From an uncultured cyanobacterium (GTDB lineage Bacteria; Cyanobacteriota; Cyanobacteriia; Pseudanabaenales; Pseudanabaenaceae), in the NCBI GenBank assembly GCA_963703315.1, contig OY969811.1:4501175-4565174 (forward strand): a DNA stretch of 64,000 nt, written 5' to 3'. Position 1 is the first letter of the stretch. Every line of letters starts with the position of its first letter. This document shows positions 20,363-31,939 of this stretch, in pieces. Under the pieces are notes generated by a model, which was not told the origin of the DNA, searched no databases, and saw only the letters and a list, made by a program, of their open reading frames with translations. The position numbers and the translations under genes are program-made.

Positions 20363-20554
20363 ATGACTGCTGTAGTACAAGAGCTTCTAAATACCTTTGA
20401 TAATCTCACATACGCAGAAAGACTAGACTTATTATCAGAAATTCTAAGACGAACAGTTGACTTAGAATTTGAACCATTATCTGATGAAGAACTAACATTG
20501 AACGCCGAAGACCTGTTTCTAACGTTGGACGAAGAAGAGTTAGCCGATGAGTAG
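20363..20554 (+). CDS. Putative antitoxin of the MazF module
   Basis: Acidic 63 aa protein overlapping the PemK/MazF gene. Confidence 0.7.
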   Translation: MTAVVQELLNTFDNLTYAERLDLLSEILRRTVDLEFEPLSDEELTLNAEDLFLTLDEEELADE

Positions 20555-20882
20555 CCCAGAACGTGGAGAAGTTTGGCTAGTCGATCTTGGCTATGTCGCA
20601 AAAGTCAGACCATGCTTAGTTATTAGTATCCCAGCCCTAGACAGCGATCGCGCATTAGTAACCCTAGTTCCACATACAACGAGTTTGCGCGATTGCAGAT
20701 TTGAAGTAAAAGTCAAAGCTAAATTTTTGCGAGAAGGCGCATTTGACGTACAAAATCTCATCACAATCCCTCATGCCAAACTTTTACGCAAACTAGGAGA
20801 GCTAACATCAGAGCAAATGGAAGACTTAGAAGATGTCTTACTCGTATGGTTAGGATTTGAATCTGAAAAAGACGAAGACTAA
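20547..20882 (+). CDS. PemK/MazF family toxin
   Basis: RGEVWLVDLG...KVRPCLVIS, VPHTTS, KLGELT. Confidence 0.88.
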   Translation: MSSPERGEVWLVDLGYVAKVRPCLVISIPALDSDRALVTLVPHTTSLRDCRFEVKVKAKFLREGAFDVQNLITIPHAKLLRKLGELTSEQMEDLEDVLLVWLGFESEKDED

Positions 20883-20903
20883 GCATAGAAAACTTTGAAA
20901 AAG

Positions 20904-20972
20904 GCGATCGCTGTTTGATTTTTGTGGAGAGGCGAGCGTGATTTTTGGGGTTGAGATGGGCAATCGCTGTTT
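20904..20972 (+). repeat. HIP1-anchored junction repeat (A-B-A)
   Basis: Octamers at 20904, 20932, 20960. Confidence 0.82.
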
Positions 20973-20992
20973 AAACATTGTAAAATCAAGTT

Positions 20993-21167
20993 GTGGGTAA
21001 GAAAAAATAAACTACTTGAACTCCTAAAAAATAGCCCCACGTGACGTTTGCAGATATTCGTAAACTTTTAGAGCTAGAAAGTTTTGACTTGGATAGAATT
21101 ACAGGCAGTCACCATATTTTCAAAAGAGATGAAGTAGTTTTCGTCATCCCAGTTCATAACAACCGAG
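20993..21167 (+). pseudogene. hicA: HicA toxin copy 3, degraded and truncated, no hicB
   Basis: Aligns to 9064-9241; GTG start, TAA at codon 6, 4-nt deletion; similarity ends after CATAACAACCGAG. Confidence 0.85.
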
Positions 21168-21361
21168 CAGCAATTCTCATTATGGAAAATTAACGGCGTT
21201 GCACACACTCATAATGATCAAGTAAAAATAGGAAAGGATTTCTGATTTTTGCGTTTGAGGTAAAAAAGTAGTAACCGAATCGAAATCTGCAACATTAATC
21301 ATCACTAACTCCCTTTTACTTTTATTGGTAACATAGATTAAGAAATATATTGAAATAACTC

Positions 21362-22569
<1,208 letters not shown>

Positions 22570-22727
22570 AGAAGAGCCGCTATAATATATAACTGTCGCC
22601 ACTTGCATTAGGATCAATCAAAATCCAAGAAGCAAGTGGCGGCGTGAATCGCTGCAATTCATCTTCTGGTTTTGTGTCCGAACAAGACTGATGACAGGTA
22701 TAGTTCAAATAAATTTAGGGAATTGTT

Positions 22728-22985
22728 ATGGCAAAAGTTGAAATATACACATGGCGCTTGTGTCCTTTTTGTATTAGAGCAAAGCATCTGCTCAATAGCA
22801 AAGGGGTCAAGTACACCGAATATGTGATTGATGGTGATGAATCAGCGCGATCGGCAATGGTGGCTAGAGGTTCCGATGGTAAGCGTTCTGTACCGCAAAT
22901 TTTTATCAATGATCAACATATCGGCGGCTGTGATGCCATCCATGAATTAGACCATCAAGGTAAACTTGATCCTTTACTAAATTAA
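22728..22985 (+). CDS. grxC: Glutaredoxin 3
   Basis: CPFC active site, SVPQIFI, HIGGCD. Confidence 0.92.
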   Translation: MAKVEIYTWRLCPFCIRAKHLLNSKGVKYTEYVIDGDESARSAMVARGSDGKRSVPQIFINDQHIGGCDAIHELDHQGKLDPLLN

Positions 22986-23080
22986 TTTAATTAATTAAGA
23001 TAGCAATTTTCAAATGAGTGTCTGCTCATTTAAAAACTTCAAAGCATTATAGAAAAGCAAGATTTAGCTAGTAAAAATCA

Positions 23081-23134
23081 AAACCCAGAAGATGAGTTGT
23101 GGCGCTTCGCGCCGCAACTCATCTTCTGGGTTTT
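23081..23134. repeat. REP-like hairpin (GC-TTC-GC loop) between convergent genes
   Basis: AAACCCAGAAGATGAGTTGTGGCGC-TTC-GCGCCGCAACTCATCTTCTGGGTTT. Confidence 0.7.
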
Positions 23135-23159
23135 GGTGATTTGATTGGTATTTAAGCGG

Positions 23160-23483
23160 TTACAGGTACTTCTCAATAGTTGCACTAAACTCCTCGTAAG
23201 TCTTGACTCCAATCATGGTCTCGACTAACTCTCCTTGCTTAAAGAACAGCACCGCAGGAATGCTCTTGAGTCCAAACTGTTTGGCTAAGGGTTTATTGGT
23301 ATCAATGTCTATTTTTCGGATTTCGGCGCGATCGCCAAAGTTTTCTGCCAATTTATCAATGAAGGGCGCGATCACTTTACAAGGACCACACCAAGTTGCG
23401 GTGCAGTCCACAACTAGTAAAGATGTATTTTTTTGGAGCTTTTCAAATTCAGCTTGATCGGGAATAAAAGTGGCTGTACTCAT
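23160..23483 (-). CDS. Thioredoxin
   Basis: WCGPC active site. Confidence 0.93.
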   Translation of the reverse strand: MSTATFIPDQAEFEKLQKNTSLLVVDCTATWCGPCKVIAPFIDKLAENFGDRAEIRKIDIDTNKPLAKQFGLKSIPAVLFFKQGELVETMIGVKTYEEFSATIEKYL

Positions 23484-23606
23484 ATTGACAACTATTGTGA
23501 CCTTACGGCTAGATGAAGTTAGTGAAGTTAATATTGTTGCAGAAAGTGGGACAGACTAAATAGCTCAGCATAAGTTTGTGCTGCCCGCATAGTGGGTGGG
23601 ACAAAC

Positions 23607-25088
23607 TTATGCTGAGCTAGTGGAATTGCCGTAAATTGCTTCATTAGCTTTGGCAGAGGCAAATAAATCAACAATAGGATGGGGATAGTCAACACCGAGT
23701 CGCATATTAAATCGTTGCTGCTCCACAGGTAGAAGCTGCCAAGGTTGATGGATTTTACTAGCAGGAAGCTCCGCAAGTTCTGGAAGCCAATGTTTGACAT
23801 ATTCCCCTTGCGGATCATAATCCTGTGATTGCTTATTGATATTAAAGAATCTAAAGCCTCTAGCATCATTCCCAATCCCTGCGGTATAGTTCCAATTTCC
23901 CCAATTACTACAAGGATCGTAATCTAGGAGCAGTGATTCAAACCATTCCGCACCCATGCGCCAATCGATACCGAGATTTTTGGTAAGGAAACTCGCTACA
24001 TTCTGACGACCACGATTGGACATAAAGCCAGTCGCAGCAAGTTCCCGCATATTCGCATCCACTAAAGGGAAGCCTGTTCTCCCAGTTTGCCAAAGTTCAA
24101 AACGTCGCCAGTCTTGTTTCCAAGGTATATCCATTCCTCGCAAACCTGTGCGATAGAATAATTTGTCGCCATGTTTCGCCGCCACCAATCGAAAATAGTC
24201 GCGCCATAGCAGTTCAAAAATTAACCAGTAAGTCGAGTCATTGGCAAGGCGATCGCTTTCGTATTGTTTTACTTGAGCATATACATAGCGGGGACTAAGA
24301 CAACCTAAGGCTAACCAAGGTGAAAATTTGGAAGAGTCATCAGGGTGCAGCATTCCATTGCGAGTTTGTTTGTAAACCTGTAGGCGATCGCTTTGCCAAA
24401 AGTAATAATCAAGGCGTTGCAAAGCTTCAGTTTCACCTCCTTGGAAATCTATTCTAGCGCGATCGCATGGTTCAGGTTCCATTAGCCCTAGTTTTGCTAA
24501 GGTCGGAATTTCGCCAGTATCAAGATCTTGAGGTAATGGATTGAGTGCTTGAGGAATTGGAAAAACCTCACGAATGTTCAGATTGGTTTCAACTTGTTTG
24601 CGAAAGTGGGTGAAAAGTTTAGGAAGTTTGGCGATCGTAAAAGGTAAATCATCGGGATGGAGTAATGTACTTCCCCAAAAGCTTTTTAAGTGGGTATTTT
24701 GTGGTTTGAGAATATTACGCAAATTAGTTTCGACAAGTTTCTCTTCCGTCGTAACTTCTTCATGATAATAAACCGAGCCAATTTCCCATCGTTGAATTAA
24801 GTCGGGAAGAAGATCTTCAGGTTTACCAATGCGAATAATTAAATCGGAATTTAGCGATCGCAAACTTTCTCGTAAATTTGTCACGCTCTCAATCAAGAAT
24901 TTAGCTCGAAATGCCCCTGTTTTGGCAAACCCAAAGGAAGTTTTCGCAAAATGACGCGGATCAAAGCAGTATAGACAAAATATCTTTACACCTGTTTGTT
25001 TGGCTACTTGAGATGCTCGATACAACGTTTCGCAATCCTGCGATCGCAGGTCATTACGGAACCAAACTAAAATATTTTGATTATGCAT
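23607..25088 (-). CDS. DASH family cryptochrome
   Basis: WFRNDLR, KTGAFRAKFLIESV, YKQTRNGM, SSKFSPWLALG, GFMSNRGRQNVASFL. Confidence 0.92.
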   Translation of the reverse strand: MHNQNILVWFRNDLRSQDCETLYRASQVAKQTGVKIFCLYCFDPRHFAKTSFGFAKTGAFRAKFLIESVTNLRESLRSLNSDLIIRIGKPEDLLPDLIQRWEIGSVYYHEEVTTEEKLVETNLRNILKPQNTHLKSFWGSTLLHPDDLPFTIAKLPKLFTHFRKQVETNLNIREVFPIPQALNPLPQDLDTGEIPTLAKLGLMEPEPCDRARIDFQGGETEALQRLDYYFWQSDRLQVYKQTRNGMLHPDDSSKFSPWLALGCLSPRYVYAQVKQYESDRLANDSTYWLIFELLWRDYFRLVAAKHGDKLFYRTGLRGMDIPWKQDWRRFELWQTGRTGFPLVDANMRELAATGFMSNRGRQNVASFLTKNLGIDWRMGAEWFESLLLDYDPCSNWGNWNYTAGIGNDARGFRFFNINKQSQDYDPQGEYVKHWLPELAELPASKIHQPWQLLPVEQQRFNMRLGVDYPHPIVDLFASAKANEAIYGNSTSSA

Positions 25089-25141
25089 ATTGGGGATTTA
25101 CAGGAAAATTAAATTAAATGGGCGCTTTACGCCCATTTAAT

Positions 25142-26086
25142 TTAGCGCTCAACAATTTGAAACTGACGATTTAGTAAGTTCATGCTAGCGGAAATGGTCA
25201 GACTCATCGCCAGATATACTCCCATAATAATCAAAATCACATTTACAGGTCTACCCGTCTGATTAATGGTGGTGGAAGCAACGCGATAGATATCTGTATA
25301 GCCGATCGCGATCGCTAAACTAGAGTTCTTGGCAATATTTACATATTGACTAGTTAATGATGGAATAATCACCCGTAATGCTTGCGGTAGAACGATTTTT
25401 CGCATAGTTTGGAAGTTACTTAAGCCTAAAGCTTTTGCCGCTTCCGTTTGTCCTTTGGGAACTGCAAGAATTCCACCACGCACAATTTCGGCAATGAAGG
25501 CACTAGAAAACATCGTTAACCCTAAGACTAAAGCGCAAAACTCAGAGGTCAAAGTCATCTTCAGAGACTCAATGGTAATACCAGACTTAGCAAGGGTAAT
25601 CAATCCAAAGGAAAGGCGATCGCTAGTATCAGGAAGTGTCAAGAAAATGGCTGAATACCAGAAAAACATTTGTAATAGCAGTGGTGTATTACGCAGGATT
25701 TCCACATAAACACGCGCAATTTGTTTGAGTAGCCAATTACTTGAAAGCCTTGAGATACCTACCGTGACTCCCACTAAAGTTGCGGAAATAATACTCACTG
25801 CGATCGCCTTCAAAGAGTTCACTAAACCCACTTGTAAGGCACGAGTATAGTTATCAGAAGAGGTATAAGAAAAAGGTATGTCGGCAATATCAAAGGAAGC
25901 AGGATCACTAAGAAAGTCAAAACTAATCGCTAGTCCTGAGCTTCGCATATTTCGCACTAGGGTATTCCATGCCAAAATGCTGCAAATAATCACGATCGCT
26001 AAAAAAACTAACTGCGCGATCGTGCGCCAATTCCAAAAGTTTCTTTTAAAATTAGTTTGCCAATTAGTTTCAGAAAATAGTTTCAT
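25142..26086 (-). CDS. Polar amino acid ABC transporter permease
   Basis: RNTPLLLQ, AEIVRGGILAVPKGQTEAAKALG EAA loop; likely start ATG 26086. Confidence 0.9.
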   Translation of the reverse strand: MKLFSETNWQTNFKRNFWNWRTIAQLVFLAIVIICSILAWNTLVRNMRSSGLAISFDFLSDPASFDIADIPFSYTSSDNYTRALQVGLVNSLKAIAVSIISATLVGVTVGISRLSSNWLLKQIARVYVEILRNTPLLLQMFFWYSAIFLTLPDTSDRLSFGLITLAKSGITIESLKMTLTSEFCALVLGLTMFSSAFIAEIVRGGILAVPKGQTEAAKALGLSNFQTMRKIVLPQALRVIIPSLTSQYVNIAKNSSLAIAIGYTDIYRVASTTINQTGRPVNVILIIMGVYLAMSLTISASMNLLNRQFQIVER

Positions 26087-26429
26087 CTTCCTTCCGCCAA
26101 GCAGGATCGACGATACAGATAAATACAATTGGCTCATCCCCAATATTCTTGAGAAATTGCTTCGCATTTGGCGGGATATACACCGCATCACCTGATTCTA
26201 TTTCGCGAACTTCTCCATCAATATACATTTCACCTCTGCCACTTAAGATGTAATAGACCTCAGAAGTAGTGAGAGAATGTGGTTGTGAAGTCTCTCCTAT
26301 CGGTAAAATTGCATGGGCAAGGCTATAGCGAAGATTAATCGCCTGTTTGTCAGGATGTAATAATTCGCGCAAAATCGTCGAATCACCTGCAATAAATTCT
26401 GGGCAGTCAAGCAGTTTCTGAATCAACAT
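26070..26429 (-). CDS. Cupin domain protein
   Basis: HSL..SEVYYILSGRG, GDAVYIPP. Confidence 0.85.
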   Translation of the reverse strand: MLIQKLLDCPEFIAGDSTILRELLHPDKQAINLRYSLAHAILPIGETSQPHSLTTSEVYYILSGRGEMYIDGEVREIESGDAVYIPPNAKQFLKNIGDEPIVFICIVDPAWRKEDETIF

Positions 26430-26474
26430 CAATAGGTTCCTTGATAAAAAAGGCGACGCAAGCGCCGCCCAGAT

Positions 26475-27041
26475 TTATTTAATTGTTTGGACATCCTTTG
26501 TCGCGAAGCCGTGAGCAGTTAATTCTTTGTTAAGAGCAACGGGATTTTTAACGCGATCGACAAATAACACTCCATTCAAATGATCCATCTCATGTTGAAT
26601 TACCCTTGCCAATAAACCATCAGCGATCAAGTGTTTGGGTCTACCATCTTCATCGCGATAGGAAACCTCCACGCGATCGGGACGTACGACATCAAGAAAT
26701 ACTTCAGGAATACTGAGACATCCTTCTTCACCAGTAATTAAGTCTCCGCCCGAACCTTTGACTTCGGGATTAATCATCACTAAAGGAGGCTTGCTCTCAT
26801 CTTTGAGTTCGATATCAATAACGAGTAATTGTTTGTTAACCCCCACCTGTGGCGCAGCTAGTCCAATTCCATCGTTGCTATACATCGTGATCAGCATATC
26901 AACAATGATTTGCCGAATTTCATCGTTGACTTTGCTAATGCGCTTAGCGGGCTGACGTAATACGCGATCGCCTAAAGTGTGAACTTGCAGTGGCGGATTT
27001 TTGACTTTTTGTTTGGGGACTTTGATAGAAATTGCAGACAT
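26475..27041 (-). CDS. def: Peptide deformylase
   Basis: GIGLAAPQVG, EGCLS, QHEMDHLNG. Confidence 0.96.
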   Translation of the reverse strand: MSAISIKVPKQKVKNPPLQVHTLGDRVLRQPAKRISKVNDEIRQIIVDMLITMYSNDGIGLAAPQVGVNKQLLVIDIELKDESKPPLVMINPEVKGSGGDLITGEEGCLSIPEVFLDVVRPDRVEVSYRDEDGRPKHLIADGLLARVIQHEMDHLNGVLFVDRVKNPVALNKELTAHGFATKDVQTIK

Positions 27042-27140
27042 TGCCAATCAGCTTGTAAATATAAGCTTGTAGTGAACTAGTTATATTTTGGCATAGTTTC
27101 GATTATTAAAAAGAGATAGCGGCGCTATCTCTTTTTAGTG

Positions 27141-27237
27141 AAACCAAAAATGGCGTAGCCATTTTTGGTTTGAAAACCCTCGTTGGGTTTGTTTTTTAAT
27201 GCCCAAAAGTGTTGTCACACTTTCGTGAATTGGTATA
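27141..27237. repeat. MITE-like element (TACCAA...TTGGTA family)
   Basis: Strong similarity to 30199-30300; partial copy at ~48703-48745; internal hairpins with GC-GTA-GC / GC-GGA-GC loops. Confidence 0.7.
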
Positions 27238-27287
27238 AGTTTCTGAGGAACAGTCTGAACTAACCCGATCTACAACAATTAATAGCA

Positions 27288-27378
27288 AGGGACGCGCAGA
27301 AAAATAAAAAACCGATTTTTGTGGCGCGGCGAAGCCGCGCCACAAATAATATGGTTCCTTATTAAATTGCAGACACCC
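27288..27378. repeat. Palindromic element with GCGAAGC loop
   Basis: TTTGTGGCGCGGC-GAA-GCCGCGCCACAAA; related sequence at ~37021-37069 and a related hairpin at 42593-42637. Confidence 0.65.
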
Positions 27379-27420
27379 AAGTGTTGATTAAACCTTGTAT
27401 TAATTATCTCCAAAGCGCTT

Positions 27421-28104
27421 ATGTATATTGACGCTACGCCCTATCCCTATCCTTACAATGGCAATCTTAGACCAGACAATACCGTACTAATTATTATTGA
27501 TATGCAGACCGATTTCTGCGGTATCGGCGGTTATGTGGACAAAATGGGCTATGACTTATCCCTGACCAGAGCGCCCATTGAACCAATCAAAAAAGTCTTG
27601 ACCCTATTTCGGGAAAAGGGCTTTCACGTCATTCACACCCGTGAAGGTCATCGCCCCAACCTGTCGGATTTGCCTGAAAATAAGCGCTGGCGATCGCAAA
27701 GGATTGGTGCTGGCATCGGCGATGTAGGACCTTGCGGCAAAATCTTAGTTCGTGGTGAAGCAGGTTGGGACATCATTCCTGAACTTTACCCAATCGATGG
27801 TGAACCAATTATCGATAAACCGGGGAAAGGCTCATTTTATGCCACTGATCTCAATCTGATTTTGAAGCGCAAAGGTATTCAAAATATTATTTTGTCAGGA
27901 ATCACCACCGATGTTTGCGTACATACAACCATGCGTGATGCCAACGATCGCGGCTATGAATGTTTGATGCTGTCGGACTGCACGGGTGCAACGGATTATG
28001 GCAATCATCTGGCAGCTTTGAAAATGATCGAAATGCAGGGTGGTGTGTTTGGAGCAGTCACTGATTCTGAAACATTGACTACAGCAATTAAGCAAAGTTT
28101 CTAG
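27421..28104 (+). CDS. biuH: Biuret amidohydrolase (isochorismatase-like cysteine hydrolase)
   Basis: [71 protein letters not shown] match BiuH as I recall it. Confidence 0.85.
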   Translation: MYIDATPYPYPYNGNLRPDNTVLIIIDMQTDFCGIGGYVDKMGYDLSLTRAPIEPIKKVLTLFREKGFHVIHTREGHRPNLSDLPENKRWRSQRIGAGIGDVGPCGKILVRGEAGWDIIPELYPIDGEPIIDKPGKGSFYATDLNLILKRKGIQNIILSGITTDVCVHTTMRDANDRGYECLMLSDCTGATDYGNHLAALKMIEMQGGVFGAVTDSETLTTAIKQSF

Positions 28105-28126
28105 TTAACTGATAAAAATGTGCTAA

Positions 28127-29779
28127 GTGGACGATGACATGGAAAAACCAATTCCTGACGATCTCGAAAGCGATCTAGCTGATAATCTGGTGGAAGAAGA
28201 ATCTATGAAAGAGTCGATACCATCCTTGACTATTCCATCTAGTGTTTCTGCCGATACTCTGCGATCGCATTTACCACCTGAGCTAGAGCTAGTAAATGTC
28301 TCCAAAAAGTTTGGCTCTTTCACGGCGGTTGATAACGTCTCGCTCAAACTTGCCCCTGGTACTTTCCATGCCCTGCTTGGTGAAAATGGTGCGGGTAAAA
28401 GTACACTGGTCAAGTGCATCATGGGTTTTCATGCTGCCAGTCATGGTGATATTTTAATTAACAAACAGTCCCGTGAAATTAATAGTCCCCGCGATGCCTA
28501 TAACTATGGTATCGGCATGGTCTATCAGCACTTCACGGTTGTACCCGCGATGACGGTTGCCGAAAATCTCTTGTTAGTGCGTCCTGACACACCGACGATC
28601 ATTAATTGGAAAGATGAATACGAAAAGTTAGAAGCTTTCATGGCATCGGCTCCTTTTAAAATTGACCTTTATACACCCATTTCCCAACTAGCGGCTGGGC
28701 AGAAGCAAAAACTAGAAATTCTCAAACAGCTTTATCTCAAAAGTCGGATTCTCATTCTTGATGAGCCAACTTCAGTTTTAACGCCACAGGAAGCTGATGA
28801 AGTACTAGGACTGTTGCGTGAAGAAGTCACCGCAGGACGATTGAGCGTTCTGATGATTAGCCACAAGTTCCGTGAAATCACTGCCTTTGCCGATAATGTC
28901 ACCGTATTGCGTAAGGGCAAATTTGCAGGGACAGGTTCCACCAAAGAGCTATCAGTCTCTGACATGGCAGCAATGATGTTAGGTGAAGCAAAGGAAGCCC
29001 GCAAAGTTGCCAAAACTGAAGTTATCGCCGAGAATCTAGTTCTGGATGCGCGAAACATCCATGCAGATAAAGACAACGGTTTAGAAGCAGTTTCTGGTGT
29101 TGACCTGCAAATCACTAGTGGTGAGATAGTTGGTATTGCAGGTGTCTCAGGCAACGGTCAGCGTGAACTCGTGGAAGTTCTCTCTGGTCAGAGAGTTGCG
29201 ACATCTGGCGAGATATTTGTTAACGGCGATCGCTATACAGCTACTCGCAAAGAAATGTATAGCCATCAAGTCTTCTCCCTCCCTGAAGAACCGCTACGCA
29301 ATGCCTGTGTCCCTCACATGAGCGTTGCCGAGAATTTAGCTCTAAGAACCTTTGATCGTCCTCCCCAAGCTCAAGGTGGAGTTCTATTAATATTCAAAGC
29401 AATTCGTGAAACTGCGAAGAATTTGATCAAAGTCTTCTCTATTAAAACACCTTCACCAGAAACTCCTGTGGGCAATCTCTCTGGTGGCAATGTGCAGCGC
29501 ACGGTGCTTGCAAGAGAGCTTTCCGCCGAACAAATCAAATTATTGATTGTCGCTAATCCTGTCTTCGGTCTAGATTTTGCCGCAGTGGAATACATTCATA
29601 ATCAAATTGTAGAAGCTCGTAATCGCGGTGTTGCTATTCTCTTAGTCAGTGAAGATCTTGATGAGATTCTGACCCTCAGCGATCGCATTCTGGTGATGAG
29701 TGAAGGTAAATTTGTCTATGAAAGCAGCAGTGCTAATGTCGATCTTGCGGCGATCGGGCAGAAAATGGCAGGGCATTAA
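28127..29779 (+). CDS. ABC transporter ATP-binding protein (two NBDs, sugar/nucleoside type)
   Basis: GENGAGKST, ILDEPT, LSGGNVQR; start uncertain (GTG 28127 or a later ATG). Confidence 0.9.
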   Translation: MDDDMEKPIPDDLESDLADNLVEEESMKESIPSLTIPSSVSADTLRSHLPPELELVNVSKKFGSFTAVDNVSLKLAPGTFHALLGENGAGKSTLVKCIMGFHAASHGDILINKQSREINSPRDAYNYGIGMVYQHFTVVPAMTVAENLLLVRPDTPTIINWKDEYEKLEAFMASAPFKIDLYTPISQLAAGQKQKLEILKQLYLKSRILILDEPTSVLTPQEADEVLGLLREEVTAGRLSVLMISHKFREITAFADNVTVLRKGKFAGTGSTKELSVSDMAAMMLGEAKEARKVAKTEVIAENLVLDARNIHADKDNGLEAVSGVDLQITSGEIVGIAGVSGNGQRELVEVLSGQRVATSGEIFVNGDRYTATRKEMYSHQVFSLPEEPLRNACVPHMSVAENLALRTFDRPPQAQGGVLLIFKAIRETAKNLIKVFSIKTPSPETPVGNLSGGNVQRTVLARELSAEQIKLLIVANPVFGLDFAAVEYIHNQIVEARNRGVAILLVSEDLDEILTLSDRILVMSEGKFVYESSSANVDLAAIGQKMAGH

Positions 29780-29829
29780 CAACTTTTTTGAGGGTGCATT
29801 GCACCCTCAAAAAATAATTATTAAAAACA

Positions 29830-30198
29830 ATGATTATCAATCAACAAGTCAATCAACAAGTTCGGATTTTTCCTGAATTACTTACCCGTGAACATTACGA
29901 TGATCTACCTTGGGAGCCATTTCGTAAAGGAGTAGAAATCTATCCCTTATATAAGAATGATATGGGAGCTAGTGCAGCATTACTACGCTATGAAGCGGGG
30001 GCAAAGGTTCCACATCATTTACATTCAGGATATGAGCATATTTTCGTGCTATCAGGTTCGCAATCCGATGCGAATGGAAAATATACCAAAGGTTCGGTGA
30101 TTATTAATCCTCCTGATACTAGTCATCAGGTTTCTAGTGAAGAAGGCTGTGTAGTTCTCATCGTCTGGGAAAAGCCTGTCATCATTGCCAACGAATAG
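29830..30198 (+). CDS. ChrR-like cupin protein
   Basis: ALLRYEAGAKVPHHLHSGYEHIFVLSG, SEEGC. Confidence 0.8.
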   Translation: MIINQQVNQQVRIFPELLTREHYDDLPWEPFRKGVEIYPLYKNDMGASAALLRYEAGAKVPHHLHSGYEHIFVLSGSQSDANGKYTKGSVIINPPDTSHQVSSEEGCVVLIVWEKPVIIANE

Positions 30199-30300
30199 TA
30201 CCAAAACTAAAAATGGCGGAGCCATTTTTAGTTTTGAAAACCCTTACTGGGTTTGGTTTTTAATTCACGAAAGTGTGATCACACTTTCGTGAATTGGTGT
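30199..30300. repeat. MITE-like element (TACCAA...TTGGTG)
   Basis: Sister of 27141-27237; contains three small hairpins. Confidence 0.7.
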
Positions 30301-30334
30301 AATTTCTGTCCCTTAAATTAAATAGGAGAAACTT

Positions 30335-31006
30335 ATGTCTGCGATCGCTGCTCAGCCATACAATTACGAGCTACCGACTGATAGCAAGATAGCTCTTGTA
30401 ATTATTGATATGCAACGGGATTTCTTAGAACATGGCGGCTTTGGTGATGCTTTGGGAAATGATGTCACCCAGTTACAAAGCATTGTCCCCACAGTCAAAA
30501 AATTGCTGGAGACATTCCGATCGCTCAATTTCCCAGTTATTCATACCATTGAAGCCCATGCTCCTGATCTATCCGACTGTCCTCCCTCTAAGCTGCACCG
30601 TAGCAAAGGTGGACTGAAAATTGGTGATCAAGGCTCTATGGGCAGAATCTTAATTGTCGGGGAAGCTGGTAATAATCCTATTCCCGAACTTACGCCTTTA
30701 GAAAATGAAATCGTAATTGTGAAGCCCGGCAAAGGCGCATTTTGTCGCACTAATTTAGAAGAGATTTTACAAAAAGAAAATATTACGCATCTACTCTTTA
30801 CAGGAGTTACTACCGAAGTTTGTGTGCAAACCACCATGCGTGAAGCCAACGATCGCGGTTATGAATGTTTACTCATCGAAGATGGAACTGCTAGTTATTT
30901 CCCAGAATTTAAAGAATCAACCATCGAAATGCTCCGCGCTCAAGGTGGCATCATTGGCTGGACTGCTAAATCTGAACAGGTAATTGAGGCATTAGTAACT
31001 CAGTGA
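30335..31006 (+). CDS. Cysteine hydrolase, probable triuret hydrolase (TrtA-like)
   Basis: [36 protein letters not shown]; BiuH paralogue in the same cluster. Confidence 0.72.
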   Translation: MSAIAAQPYNYELPTDSKIALVIIDMQRDFLEHGGFGDALGNDVTQLQSIVPTVKKLLETFRSLNFPVIHTIEAHAPDLSDCPPSKLHRSKGGLKIGDQGSMGRILIVGEAGNNPIPELTPLENEIVIVKPGKGAFCRTNLEEILQKENITHLLFTGVTTEVCVQTTMREANDRGYECLLIEDGTASYFPEFKESTIEMLRAQGGIIGWTAKSEQVIEALVTQ

Positions 31007-31027
31007 TTTGTTGTATTAAGGCTTGCG

Positions 31028-31795
31028 CTACAACAAGTAGGCGATCGCTACTAAACTCAAAGCCTCAGTCCACTCCACGATCGCCCCATAGGTATCGCCA
31101 GTCTGTCCGCCAAGTTGACGATTTAGCCATGCGCCGATGAGCCATGAAAAGCTAAACCCAATTACTGTTAAGCCAATTCCTAAATAAAGTGATTTGCAAA
31201 TATAGGCGATCGCCAAATTGCCAATCGTTAATAAAATCGCTACTAGCCACACTTGCCAGTGATGCAAATCCTCTTGATGAAATTTGCCTTTGCCGATCGC
31301 TTTGAGATAGGGATAAGCCATAATGGCGCGAAGCTGTCCCCACCTTGCCCAAGCCCAAATACTAGCTAAAATCCAAAAGCGATGATCTCGAATTGCGGCA
31401 AGAGCAATAACTTTTAATAACAAAATCGTAATTCCTGCGATCGCCCCAAAAGCACCAGTGTTACTATCTGCCATCACCTCAAGGCGGCGATCAGGATCGG
31501 TGACGGCTAGCCCATCGGCAGTATCCATCGCGCCATCAAGATGTAAGCCGCCTGTGATTAATAGTCCTAATAAAATCGTGAGTAGCGATCGCAGATATAT
31601 AAATTCTGGGGCAGGTTTGAGCAGTCCTAAGCACAGATCAAAAGAGGCGATCGTGCTACCGATGAAAATACCGATTAGTGGCGCATAGAGAGCAATTCCC
31701 CGAAAATCCAGTGTTCCCTGTGGACGCAAAGGCAAACAAGTATAAAAAATTAGCGCTGCTTGAAATTTCCGCCAATGCTGCATTTGAAAACCCAT
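31028..31795 (-). CDS. cobS: Adenosylcobinamide-GDP ribazoletransferase (cobalamin synthase)
   Basis: TGGLHLDGAMDTADG, GAFG, GGQTGDTYGA. Confidence 0.93.
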   Translation of the reverse strand: MGFQMQHWRKFQAALIFYTCLPLRPQGTLDFRGIALYAPLIGIFIGSTIASFDLCLGLLKPAPEFIYLRSLLTILLGLLITGGLHLDGAMDTADGLAVTDPDRRLEVMADSNTGAFGAIAGITILLLKVIALAAIRDHRFWILASIWAWARWGQLRAIMAYPYLKAIGKGKFHQEDLHHWQVWLVAILLTIGNLAIAYICKSLYLGIGLTVIGFSFSWLIGAWLNRQLGGQTGDTYGAIVEWTEALSLVAIAYLL

Positions 31796-31939
31796 AAACT
31801 TAGAGAGGGTGCGAATCGTCTTTTCTAATTTATGGGGTTTCTGTGTCTTAGGTACTAAAAATTGGGAAATTGGGTGTGATGAAAGCTAGATTAGTTAGGA
31901 TAGAGAAATATTTTTATAGAAAAATTTTTTATACAGAGC

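Noticed and set aside
21168..21300. Possible MITE ends (AGCAATTCTC; GGCGTTGCA...TGCAAC) truncating hicA copy 3
   Set aside because: Matches are too short and degenerate to support from this window alone.
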